A stretch of 63,709 nucleotides of DNA, counting the filler, from Asterionella formosa (Eukaryota), in the NCBI GenBank assembly GCA_002256025.1. It is 8 parts of 8 records of this genome, joined end to end, with 100 filler letters (N's around TTAATTAATTAA, not from the genome) between each part and the next. Parts side by side here need not be neighbours in the genome. Positions count along the whole stretch, not along the records: positions 1 to 7,900 come from NKIB01012365.1; positions 8,001 to 15,890 come from NKIB01012366.1; 6 more parts are not named here. The stretch is one strand, 5' to 3'. The position numbers and the translations under genes are program-made. This document shows, piece after piece, positions 1 to 11,063 of the stretch. Under the pieces are notes generated by a model. It was not told the DNA's origin. It was given only the letters and a program-made list of their open reading frames with translations, and did not search any database. The first letter of the stretch is position 1. Every line of letters begins with the position of its first letter.

Positions 1-697
1 TGTACACCTTTCATATTTGTTCTCTATTTATTGATTGGCATGCACGCTGCTCTCTTCCCCTCTACTGTTTTACACATGATTCAAAATGCTCAAAGAGCCC
101 CATAATGGGCTCCTTGCCCTTGCTCAACATCTCTACAGTTGTTTTACCTCCAAACTGCAACCTTCAGAGTCCCACAATGGACTCACCCGCCTCACTTGTC
201 AATCCCTCAGGCCCCAGCCATGTGGGCCCTTGTGCAAGTCAACAAGCTCCATTAGATTCGAGTTTCAATAAAAGCGTACTTTAAGATTTATTTGCCAACT
301 CCGGTATTGTCACCATCATTCCCTCATTCCATGCATGTGCCCCCTCCAGTGGCCAATGATGGATGGCTGAAGATTTGGTTCGAGAGAATTTTGAATACTA
401 TTAGGGTTCGAGATATACTGGTGTTCAACAAGTTCAGGATCTAATTTGAATGCATACGTAGTAGCCCGTGACACCAAACACGTCAGTGCTGATTCATTAT
501 ATATCGCTGAAACACCTACGCCATCCTTATCTATTCCCTCCATGCGGACAAAGAAGGAGGCCCGACCATGCAGCACTTGGACGATGTCATCGCACCCATT
601 TTGAGCAATTCTAAAGTACCAGGTCAACCAGGTAACTCCGTAGTTTAAATAGATTGTTGCATTACTCTCACCATCATTGGTATACCTGGGCCGCGTA

Positions 698-1420
698 ATG
701 AGGACGCCGCTACTGCTCTGCACCTTTTTACTTCATGCCAGCCGCATACTTCTGATAAACTCTTTCATTCTTGTACATCATGACACAAAGATTGCCGAAA
801 TTCGTCGGTATGCTCGAAAGGAAGCCACATTCGGCATGGGGTGCTTTTGGAAACCTGCCGAAGAGCTCTTAAGGGTGGATGGGGTATTGGAAACCGTCGC
901 TGGGTACACTGGCAAGGCAGATGCCATCAAGGCTCCCACCTATGAAACGGTCTGCTACTCTCGTGACTGGGTAGAAGGAGTGCGAGTGGCATTTGATGAT
1001 GACAAACTCACGTATGCAGAGCTATTAGACGCATTCTTCAATGCCCAGGAACCCCAACCACAATCTAGACAATATTCCAGCATCATTTTTCCTCACGACG
1101 AGCAACAAATGCAAGTGGCTCAGTCATGGTTGGAGAAAGAGAAACGCCGTGGAGATGGCATTTCAACTAGAATCACAAAGGTTGAGCCTCTGACTCGTTT
1201 CTTTGAGGCGGAAGGGTACCACCAACGCTACTGGCAGAAGCAACGGCCTCGGTTTGCCGCAATTTTCGTTCTGTTACTGCTCTCGACAGGAATAGCTGAT
1301 ACGTATATTCCGACTGACATGACATCCGCACTTCATACCGTATGCAATTTTTCTACCATTGCTCTTGGTCTGTACCAAATTGCTGAACGAAAGTTGGATT
1401 CAAAAGTTGTTGAGCTTTGA
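698..1420 (+). CDS. msrA: Peptide methionine sulfoxide reductase A with C-terminal hydrophobic extension
   Basis: Motifs ATFGMGCFW, AGYTG, YETVC, QYSSIIF and FFEAEGYHQRYW. First ATG is at 698. Hydrophobic N-terminus and two hydrophobic segments at the C-terminus. Confidence 0.9.
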   Translation: MRTPLLLCTFLLHASRILLINSFILVHHDTKIAEIRRYARKEATFGMGCFWKPAEELLRVDGVLETVAGYTGKADAIKAPTYETVCYSRDWVEGVRVAFDDDKLTYAELLDAFFNAQEPQPQSRQYSSIIFPHDEQQMQVAQSWLEKEKRRGDGISTRITKVEPLTRFFEAEGYHQRYWQKQRPRFAAIFVLLLLSTGIADTYIPTDMTSALHTVCNFSTIALGLYQIAERKLDSKVVEL

Positions 1421-1941
1421 TTTAATACCATTACGTGCCAAAATTAAAATATTGAAACCCGATCGTTATTCTCTCAACAATGTTACAAATCATCAGACAA
1501 TGTATAGTATTATACACTCGGAGTGATCTGAGGGAGGTGTAGTCTAGTCTATTTATGGCCCTTTATGAACAAGATTGTTGAAGATAGGGGAACATAATCA
1601 AGTCTAAAACAGAATTCACAAAATTCTAATAGAAACTGTTGCTGTTTGTTAGCCTCTTTATTAACCATCATTTATAAATGTTCTTTACATCACGAAAAAT
1701 AGTGACTGATAGCCTGTTTTGGTAGCAGTTAGTGGCAGACCCTGAGTAGTTGTCAAGTCCAATGAAATGTCATCAGTTGTTGTGGACAATTCAAAATAGA
1801 AAACTTAAAAGGGAGTTTGTATACTTGCTGGTCATCCATCATCTAATCATGGATAGAATCCATAACATTGGTGCAGTCATGAGGCACAGAAAAATACATG
1901 AGAGGAAGAGAATTGCAGTTTGTTATGTTACTATCTGTTCT

Positions 1942-3582
1942 TCATACAATATAAAGACAATCAATCTCGTTTCGCCATGCATCCCCAATTTTAATTAACG
2001 TTTCCTTTGTTACAGCACATGGAAATGCAGACATGCAAGCATTGTACCCTTGAGGGCCACCCACCATCTTAACTTCAATAGCACACCCTGTTCCTCGTCG
2101 ACCTTGAGCAAACCATATATTTGTAACTTTCCAATTTGCGCTTGCTTTGGGGTCAAACACTTGCATACCAAGGTTGCTACTTTCCAAACTGTAGGTAATA
2201 TTATTAGAAAGAGTTGAAGATGAATGGCGGCAACTTTGTTTGACAAACTCTACCCAATCATTGACAATGAATCGAGTTAAACCAATATCCATCAATGATG
2301 TTTGTAGGGAATGCTGTAATTTTGATTGGTACACACGAGCCATATTAGGAGATGACATATAGTCAATGGTAGATGATACTGGAAGTTGAAGAGTCATGTG
2401 AGGAGCAGTAATATAATTGCCAAGGGCAGAGGAAGGTGGTAAATGGCATCGTCTTCGACGTTCATCAGCAGCAGTGACAATATGGAAACGGAGTCCAGTG
2501 TGATTTTCCTCAACTTTGACAATCGCCTTAATGAGTGTTGCCATTAATATGGCATTGGTGGAGAGTTTGTTTGTTTTACAGTACTGGTCAAGTTGTTGCA
2601 ATTCTTCAAATGGGACAATATTCAAACATACCATTTGCATCTCCTTCATTATAGGATCAAGAATAATAGTAGCAGCAGTGTCACTATGATGCAGCTGCAT
2701 CCCTTTCCAACAAGGCGGTTTCAGGTAAGGTATCAGCATGGGGAAACGATCCAACAGGACAGGCATAAACAGATGTCTGACTCTTGGAACGGTATCCACG
2801 AGATCTTCCAATGGAGGAGCCAATGTATTCCTTTGAGCAACCTTGAAATCAGTCGTTGTTGTTCCTCCTTCTTCCAAGAGCGCTTGGACAACGGCCATGG
2901 CTCCGATCCCATCAGTAATCAAATGGTGGAAGGCCAAGACAAGAGTAACTTCCAGTCCATCGGATGAATGGATCATGGTGACTCGCCACAATGGCATTGT
3001 CGGATCTTGATCATCCCACCCAGAGTTCATTTCTTCATTTAGTATCTCCGACAGGGACATTTGCACAACTTGTCGAAACCCAAATGGGACCAGATCAGCC
3101 GAGTCGTGTACTTGAACATGCAAATCATCTCCCCATAGTTGTTGTTGTTGTTGCATTTCTACATTTTGATGATGTAGACGTGTTCGTAACCATGGGAAGC
3201 GCTGCGAGACTCGAGTCAATGCATCCATGACATTGTCCTTGTTGGTCATGTTCATGTTTCTAATGTGTGTGGCTGTCGTTGTAAATTCGACTGCCACGAT
3301 GAATCCAGTATGTACACCAGCTCGTGTATTTGCTACAAACCATCGCTCCAATAGTCCAAGTCGTCGACCATTGGGCAATACTGGTTTACCAAAAACCTTT
3401 GCATCATCCCTCTGCTTGCGACTGCTTGTCGTCTTGGTTTTTAGTAGTAGTTGCTGTAGTGCTGGAAGGAGAATACGAATAGAAGCTGCCACCAGAATTG
3501 TCGTGACAGTAAGGACGAACCAAGACGACGGAACTGTGACACCAGTACTGTTATTAGTATCACCACTACTGCTGGTTTTCAT
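1942..3582 (-). CDS. Condensation-domain/alcohol acetyltransferase-like acyltransferase with N-terminal membrane anchor
   Basis: PLWRVT...LVLAFHHLITDGIG (HHxxxDG), PPLEDL and SNLG motifs. First ATG is at 3582, followed by a TM-like segment. Confidence 0.75.
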   Translation of the reverse strand: MKTSSSGDTNNSTGVTVPSSWFVLTVTTILVAASIRILLPALQQLLLKTKTTSSRKQRDDAKVFGKPVLPNGRRLGLLERWFVANTRAGVHTGFIVAVEFTTTATHIRNMNMTNKDNVMDALTRVSQRFPWLRTRLHHQNVEMQQQQQLWGDDLHVQVHDSADLVPFGFRQVVQMSLSEILNEEMNSGWDDQDPTMPLWRVTMIHSSDGLEVTLVLAFHHLITDGIGAMAVVQALLEEGGTTTTDFKVAQRNTLAPPLEDLVDTVPRVRHLFMPVLLDRFPMLIPYLKPPCWKGMQLHHSDTAATIILDPIMKEMQMVCLNIVPFEELQQLDQYCKTNKLSTNAILMATLIKAIVKVEENHTGLRFHIVTAADERRRRCHLPPSSALGNYITAPHMTLQLPVSSTIDYMSSPNMARVYQSKLQHSLQTSLMDIGLTRFIVNDWVEFVKQSCRHSSSTLSNNITYSLESSNLGMQVFDPKASANWKVTNIWFAQGRRGTGCAIEVKMVGGPQGYNACMSAFPCAVTKETLIKIGDAWRNEIDCLYIV

Positions 3583-4452
3583 TACTACTACTTGTGAAGC
3601 AGCAGTAAAGCATGCAATGCGGCCAAACGGCGACACGGAACGTACAACATGCCGATTATTTGACGGCCACACTAAAACGGTGTGATGGTGCTTTGTGCAT
3701 CCATTGAATATTTGAAAAAACAGGTATATTAATGGAGCTCTGTATATATATTGTTCCGGCAGCGGTATTACTCCCTACGTTCCGATTTAGTGTACCTGTC
3801 ACAGTAGTTGTAGCAATTCTTTTAATCGGCCTGCTCGATCCAGGTCCTTCAAAAAGAAGCCCTCTGTAGAAGCAAAATGCATTTTCTACATGAGACGATC
3901 CAGGCGGTTACCGGTAGGAACACTATCGGTATATAGCAATAAATGTGGATTATTTTGGTTTTATTGACTTGCCTTGGCATGAAGTCGACTTATTCGACTG
4001 CGTGTCATGACTACCTACCGGTACTCCGATGGCTGAGCTCACTTTGACAAAGTGTGTTAGTTAGTACCTGGTAACTGGTACTCCAACACTCCTATTCGTC
4101 CCGGTGTATGAAATGAAACAATGAGCGATTTTAAAAAAGTGCATGCTGGTTGCGATTAAACTATGAAAAACCGTACTTTATTCTTCTCTACATACATATT
4201 CTACTGACACGCCTTTGCGTATGTAAATAATACTATGCATATACATCGATGCAGGATGATAAAACGCCCACAAAAATATCATATTTGCTTGTACTCACTC
4301 AAACAACTGCCACAAAACAAGAACATCATTCGTTGCAATGATTTATGAGCCACTTCAGTATCCTAGGAATACTACAGTCTCTGCATGCATGATAACAACA
4401 ATAACCACAGCCCAGTGTGTGTGCGTGTGTTCATCGCTGACAAGCTCTTAAC

Positions 4453-5232
4453 ATGGTCCCTGCAGTTTGGAACATGTATACCAATATTTTATTGCAATAT
4501 CCATTGCGGACGAAGACAATGACGGCTGCCATTATTTTCTTCTCCAGTGATGTCTATCAACAAAAGCAACAACCACAACAACCATTTCAATGGAGTAGAG
4601 CTATTGGTGGTGCTGCATTTGGAGTCGTTGGAACTACGTTTGTTCATTATTGGTGGACTTTCTTGGAACCGTTGGTGGAATTTAGATTGATTCCTATGCA
4701 ACGAAATCGATTGGCAAATACCTTGGTGAAAGTAGGATTGGATCAAACATTAGGTGCGCCATTATATATATATACATATTATGTATTGACTAATTATATA
4801 CAAACCATGCTCAAAAAAGAAGAACAACATGACGATGGTGGAGTCCTAACAACTTGGAATAAATCGTACACAAAAGCCAATTCTATGCTTTGGCCTACCA
4901 TGATACAACATTGGCAAGTTTGGCCAATGGTCCATTGTGTTAACTTTTATTTTATCCCATTTCATCATCGTGTCATTGTTCAAAATTTTGTTTTGGTATT
5001 ATGGAGTGGATGTAAGTTTTCTTCTTGTCGTTTTATTTACTTGCATTCATGCATCTGTTATTATTTGGATTCTACACATCTCTACCGTACATGACCTTGT
5101 GGAACAATGGATTGCTTGTTGTCGCACACGTTCTCAATCCCATGCACTCTTGTCTCACTTGTATGGTTTGCTTCAGATCTGAGCCATTGGAATCATTCTG
5201 GGAATGTACCTTCCATAAAGGATACAGTTTAG
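4453..5232 (+). CDS. Mpv17/PMP22 family membrane protein (2 exons)
   Basis: Motifs YPLRTK, KVGLDQTLGAP and WQVWPMVHCVNFYFIP. GT-AG intron 5012-5176 restores the typical ...WSGYLSH end, with TAG at 5230-5232. Confidence 0.88.
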
Positions 5233-5588
5233 AATTTGAACTACTTGAAGGCAAGTTTGCCGACCCACCTTGGACATTTTGCGGATCTATGCTTCGTTGT
5301 CACAGAAGTGGTATTATTGTAGAACTACACCTTGTGAATTTCTTTACGGGTTATCTTTGCAACGATGCTCGCCAAATTGATGGAGTATTTTTTTTAAGTA
5401 ATTCCGACTGTAATATTATTACGTCAGTATGAACTATATAGTTCCACCATGGTCCATTCACCATTATGAACTAGATATTAGCGATAACGTTTTATTGTAG
5501 ACCCATTCGGCCTTGTGATTTTGCTCACATGTGCGCACAAAAAGACACATACACAACTCTCTCTCTCTCTCTCCCTACCATGCTCGTT

Positions 5589-7432
5589 CTAGTTCAAACG
5601 AGCCTTTTTCGTTTCATGTAATCCATTCATTGTTTCTTTTTGCAATTTAGCAAGATCCTCCAAACCAGATTCCAATCGATGTTCCAATGTCATGTAGTTG
5701 TCAGGACCAAGACCTAAACATGCCCGCATAACATTAACAATGGCACAACGTTGCGCAAACAAGGCATTAACCACAGGTGCCCCCTGTGGGACCATTGGTG
5801 CTTTGAGCATGTAACTCAACAGGGACAAGACAGGATGAAAGGATTCAAAGGTTCCATCACCCTTTTTCTTCATAGTAATACGTTCACATAATTCTCCAAG
5901 TATCACTAAATCATAAATAAGTGGTGTTGCCAATAGTGAATCTTCACATGTATTGTGCATGACAATAGTGTTTGTCCCGCCCATGAAAATTTCCGATGTA
6001 TATTCGTCCATGGCACGTTTCGAATCTCCAACATATGGAACATACTTAATAACTACCACATGATCTGGATGTTCGTCTTGTTGGAATAAAATACGATTCG
6101 ATGCCACCATATCGTCCACCACATTTGATTTGGATATTTCTTTACTACGGAACTGACTTGGGGCACTTAGGTTCTTCCCATCATTGTTACCCAAATGATT
6201 GTACGAGACAATAGATACTGGTTTGATGCCAGCAGAGACTAAAAAGTCTACCATGACAGATTTCATCTTGGTTTGTCCACTTTTAAAGTCATCACCAGCA
6301 ATGAAGACCTTGTGTTGACGAGCTAGTTCCACCACACCAGGAACAAATGTATTTTGTGGCGAACCATTGATAAACATACATCCTTCTAAAATGGATGCAA
6401 CAGCAAAGAGAGTGGATGCAGAAACTTCTTCTTGTCCTAGTGCAATGGAATGCAATAGGTTTTTGGCAGTGTCATTGACACCTTCATTGATCGTGGCAAA
6501 CCTTTCTGTATTGGCCGTCCACAAGACGATGACCTTGTCCAATGCATTGTCTGCCTTGAATGTTTTAATGTCCTTTTGCAGTTGCTCCATTTGTTCTTGT
6601 TTGGTTCCCTTGAGAACATTGTCCGCCCGGTCTACTTGATTGGCTGCAATGAAATCCGGAAAGTATACCGATGGGAGGGGTGTAATATCTTTCATGTAGG
6701 GGTACAACTTTTTTTGCAAGTCGACTTCCAATACTTTGGCTCGTTTCATGGCCATGCCTAAATGCATAGAATTGATATCCCATCCACCCCAAACAATATC
6801 ATTTGGATGTAGCATGGGCAACATATTCTTTAATGGTGTATGAATAGCATTCCCATGTGCATCATTTCCTAATTTAGTAGTAGATGCCATGAGTAACGAT
6901 CCCCAATAATTGGCCTTGCAGGTCCCATGTTTGGTCTCCCATGTCATTCCAAGTTTATTGGCAATGGCCCCAGCGACGCAAGTACTGTATGATGAGTGTG
7001 TGTGTGTGAGTGTCTACTCTGAGCAGAAGGAGCAGCAGCAGAAGGAGCAGCAGCAGCAACAACAACCACCAAACAAACAACAAAATCATACCTTCCATTG
7101 TTTCCCCCGAGACCAACCAACATGACTCCAACTCTTCCAACCTTTCGTTCCGTACAAAATGTCATTTTGGTTTCAATAGGTTTGACGATATTTCCTTCAA
7201 TCAATGTCGTTGAGTAACTAAATTCATCATATAGAGTGGAATGTATGGTAGTGGTGGTAGATTTATAAAACAAAAATAAACAAGAGGGAGATGAGAGACA
7301 CGCAAGTGGACAGACCAGGCAATTGGACATGGCTATCATCGGCACGTACGTGTAATCAGCAAGAATCGTATTCGGACTGTATTTGCAATTGTCACTTTGA
7401 ACCAGAAATGGTTCATCCAGATAGGTGCTCAT
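5589..7432 (-). CDS. INO1: myo-inositol-1-phosphate synthase (3 exons)
   Basis: Motifs [37 protein letters not shown] and [10 protein letters not shown]. Introns 7349-7218 and 7091-6985 join in frame. Confidence 0.97.
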
Positions 7433-7900
7433 GGTTTGTTGGTTTCTTAGTTTCAACTAGCTGAGTTATTTAGTTACTTATCGATGAGAGATGAGACGTT
7501 TGTATTATGACCTGTGCTGTGTTGCTTGCTTGCTTGCTTGCTTGGGTTCTCAAATTAAGTACCGGTATGGTTATCGTGAGACGGGAATCAATAAAAATGA
7601 GAATGAGTGGGCGCAAGCAAAGTCAACACAAAAAGAGGATACCGGTATTCTTAGTAGTAGTACCAGGTACCAGGTACATGTAGCGACCTTTCACCATGAC
7701 TGGACAAGAAACCTTCGGCAATGATCTTTGGGTGAAGATACATATTCATAAAAAAGTTATATATATAGGAAAAAGATAATTCGTCCCCCTATATGGATAT
7801 TTCGTCCCCCTCTTTTTGATAAACCCTTAAACCCTACTAGCCTACATAGTCTTCGTATAAACCACCAATACTTTTTTGCCACACGAATTTTAGTTGACTC

Positions 7901-8000
7901 NNNNNNNNNNNNNNNNNNNNNNNNNNNNNNNNNNNNNNNNNNNNTTAATTAATTAANNNNNNNNNNNNNNNNNNNNNNNNNNNNNNNNNNNNNNNNNNNN
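7901..8000. other. Artificial scaffold spacer N-TTAATTAATTAA-N (also near 15935, 23923, 31903, 39881, 47853, 55822)
   Basis: Identical 100-nt N/linker blocks carrying stop codons in all six frames. Confidence 0.97.
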
Positions 8001-9333
8001 CTTGCATGTCAAGTACTTCCTGTTCAGTAATAACGGCCTTGGCAGGAACGTATGGGAGGGATGAATGATGTCCAGTGAAAACCACTTTTCCATCCTTAGC
8101 CTTGAGAAAAGTCCAGGTCTTTTCAACAGTAGTAACACTGCCATCCTTGTTGGTGATTTTGACAAGTCCAACACTTGTGCCGGTGCTTCCATCGATTTTT
8201 AGGGCAGCATTTTCAACTTCTACTTTCTTCCATCCCTGGATAGCAAATCCTTTATCTTTAGGATATTTGGGGTTACCACCAACAAAGTATGAAATAGCAC
8301 CTTCACGTGTAGTGCGGAATGTCTGGTCACCACTTGCAAGTGTAGGTTTGAATAGAACCGGTCCATACTTGTAGCCATAAGCAATGTCAACGACCTTGGT
8401 TGCCAGAGCCTTTGCTGCATCATAACCTTCTTCCTCATATGTATCAGAAATGGCAATTAATGCCTCTCCCCATTTCTTCTGCAAATCAAGCACGTCATCT
8501 TCAGTAATCTTTTCAGGTGAAGGTTCAAAAGGTAGCGAAGAATGATGGCCAATAATTTTTATTCCATCGAGGCCTTTGAAGAACTTCCAACTCTTATCAA
8601 CCACAGTTGCATCACCATTGCTGTTGTATAGGACAACATTCCCTAAAGTTGAGGCAGTTGTACCATAGATGACAATGGATGCATTCTCGATCTCAACTTT
8701 GCGCCAGTTCTTCAGAGCAAAACCAGTGTCGTTTGGGAAGTTGGGGTTTCCTCCAACAAAATAGGCAAGGGCACCCTCCCTGGTGGTCCTGAAAGTCTGG
8801 TCCCCACTTGACAGTGTAGGCTTGAAGAGAACTGCTCCATACTGGTACCCATAGAGAATGTCGATCTCCTTCTCAGCTAGTGCCTTGGCTGCGGCAAAGC
8901 CGTTTAACTCGTATTCTAGGGAAATCTTGACAAGACTGTCACCCCATGCTTTTTGCGCATTCAATACTTCCTCTTCAGAGATTGCGGAGAAAAATGTAAC
9001 AGGAGACTGGAGTTTGACATTGTCGACTGACGCAGTGGCAGCCATGGCGTTAAGACCATTGTTGCTGACTGTAAGGGTTTCTGCATCAGCAATAGAAGCA
9101 TCGTTAATAGTTGAATCAGTAGAAGCCATCAGCTTGACATGTTTTGTCACTTTAAGAAGGTCCGGCACAAGGAGTTAGTTAAATTTTGTATTTAATCGAA
9201 AACGATAGTTGGAAGCTTAACAAATTTACTCACGTCTGTTATGGGCCCAAGGCTTGTTGACCAACCCGAAGGCTGATGCCCTCTGCCAAGAAAAAGGGGC
9301 AAGAAATGCGCAAAAGAGCGTAACATGCTTCAT
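8001..9333 (-). CDS. Plastid-targeted iota-class carbonic anhydrase (LCIP63-like), at least 2 full domains, 3' end lost in gap
   Basis: Two tandem domains (AQKAWG...VLFKPTL...YFVGG...GFAL...VDK...HHSSLP) and the start of a third (ITEQEVLDMQ). Exon 1 (9333-9234) encodes a signal peptide with ASAFG. Intron 9233-9150. Confidence 0.9.
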
Positions 9334-9513
9334 TATTTTGTCAATCGAAAATATTGTGAAACAAATTATGATTTCCCAAATATTATTCCCCACTGTTACC
9401 GTACATGACCTCGCTTGCCTTTCAATCCTACTTCAATATAGATGTATGAAAGTACTACGGTTGTACGGTGGATCCTTGATGACATCATCATGATGCAACG
9501 ACCGAGCTAATAG

Positions 9514-9596
9514 TGACGTCAACGTCATCTACATAGATAATTTTCATGTTGGCGTTTGCTTGTTGACGTCAAGGAACTGACGTCACGTCTACGTCA
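9514..9596. promoter_or_regulatory. Cluster of CRE/CCRE-like TGACGT(CA) elements upstream of the iota-CA
   Basis: TGACGTCA at 9514, 9564 and 9578; ACGTCA at 9522 and 9591. All lie 180-265 bp upstream of the ATG. Confidence 0.65.
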
Positions 9597-10235
9597 GGAA
9601 GAATACAGATGTTCTGCTCCGCCCTCGCAAGAACATGATCGGCTCAGGACGAGGGCGGAGCAGGAGATATACTACATATGGCTATTTCTATTACATAAAA
9701 TAGTAAAAACAGTCCGTACCGGTATACTGAAGAAAAGCAAGTTATCATATTAGGTGACTGATTTGAGAAGCAAACGTCATGGCGGTATATCGGTACAGTA
9801 TGCTGGATGATTTTTCCTCTATACCTGATTTACATACCGGTACTGGTACCAGGTACCTGGTACCCTGTTACCAGGTACCAGGTACCGGGAATCGAAAGTG
9901 CCCTTTCTTCCATGAACTGCTAACGGTACCTGTACTGCCAGGAAAATCCATTTACATAAATGCCATTCAGTCTGATTACATTCATCAATCATCGCTCTTG
10001 CTTTCGGCTCAACCAGCCGTTGCTACGACAACAAGTGGAAATACCATAGATGTCTGGCTGTCCATTTTCATCACAACAAGCTACTACAAATATAAAGGGC
10101 CATGATGCGCTCGTTGTCGACAGACTCCTCGTTTTGACGAAGGCTCGACCCTGATGACAAAGCACGCTGTGCTGATCAATCAAAGACAATTCTCTCACAA
10201 TTTAAATATCGAACACTCTTGTTATCACTTTCAAA

Positions 10236-11063
10236 ATGGCCCCAACTCGTATTCACCGCACCATCTCATGTGCGATTGTTACTGAACACACTGCCAAGGA
10301 ATCATCGAACTCATCAATCAAAGCTGCGATAGTGGCACCGAAACTTCCGAAAAGCCCACCGACTGTGAATAGACAGGGCTGTGCCACTCTCTTTGGTCGT
10401 TTCTCCGATGCTACCCCATCCAAATGCCTTCTCGTTACCCCCAATATTGAGATTAAATCTCGTAAAATATCCAACCTCCATCCACTCGAAGATCCCACAC
10501 TTGTCGGGCCTAACACTCTGATTCCGGTGATTCGTCGGGATTGTGTCTCGACTGAATTTTCTATTGATTGGAACCAAGAAGAGATTCACCCTGCCTATAA
10601 ATCTACCACCTTAAGTGAGCCTATAGTCCACACCTCCAAATGCCTGCCTCTGGTTGAATGGCCCCTGTCACCTCGGTTGAGTTCTCCGAAGACAGTTACT
10701 GATCGGATCGCCCAATTTGAATCAATGTTCAAAAGCACTGTCATGCCGCAAATAAAAGAAGCTGACACCGAGAAGGAAATTACTGGGAATCAACAATTAG
10801 AAAAACTTCTCAAAGCTATTGGCGAGACGCCACCCACAAAAACGTCACGCAAGCTTCGGAGAATCGCGAAGGAATGGTGGCAGACAGTGCATGACAACCA
10901 AGTCACGCAGAAGGACGATGACTGTCATGTCGATCTCTCTGCAAGTCTCAACTTTATGGGGGCGGCGTTGGACCCCAAATGTGCCAACTTGGAGGTCCAA
11001 GCATTGGAAGAGTTGGCTCGATTGCATGCAATTCCGAATCGTGGACGCTTGTCATACAAATAG
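10236..11063 (+). CDS. Hypothetical protein, 275 aa
   Basis: Open ATG-initiated ORF in an AAAATGG context with coding-like composition. No recognised motif. Confidence 0.6.
   Translation: MAPTRIHRTISCAIVTEHTAKESSNSSIKAAIVAPKLPKSPPTVNRQGCATLFGRFSDATPSKCLLVTPNIEIKSRKISNLHPLEDPTLVGPNTLIPVIRRDCVSTEFSIDWNQEEIHPAYKSTTLSEPIVHTSKCLPLVEWPLSPRLSSPKTVTDRIAQFESMFKSTVMPQIKEADTEKEITGNQQLEKLLKAIGETPPTKTSRKLRRIAKEWWQTVHDNQVTQKDDDCHVDLSASLNFMGAALDPKCANLEVQALEELARLHAIPNRGRLSYK

Noticed and set aside
316..723. ORF with an ankyrin-like phrase (IAQNGCDDIVQVL)
   Set aside because: Only one partial motif, no ATG start, and it overlaps the MsrA 5' region. At most a decayed fragment.
6995..7085. Poly-Q/poly-L/poly-S ORFs over CAG and GT repeats
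   Set aside because: Microsatellites inside INO1 intron 2.
7945..7956. TTAATTAATTAA palindromes recurring about every 8 kb
   Set aside because: Always centred in N runs, so an assembly linker. ORFs ending in ...LIN or spanning X runs are artefacts.
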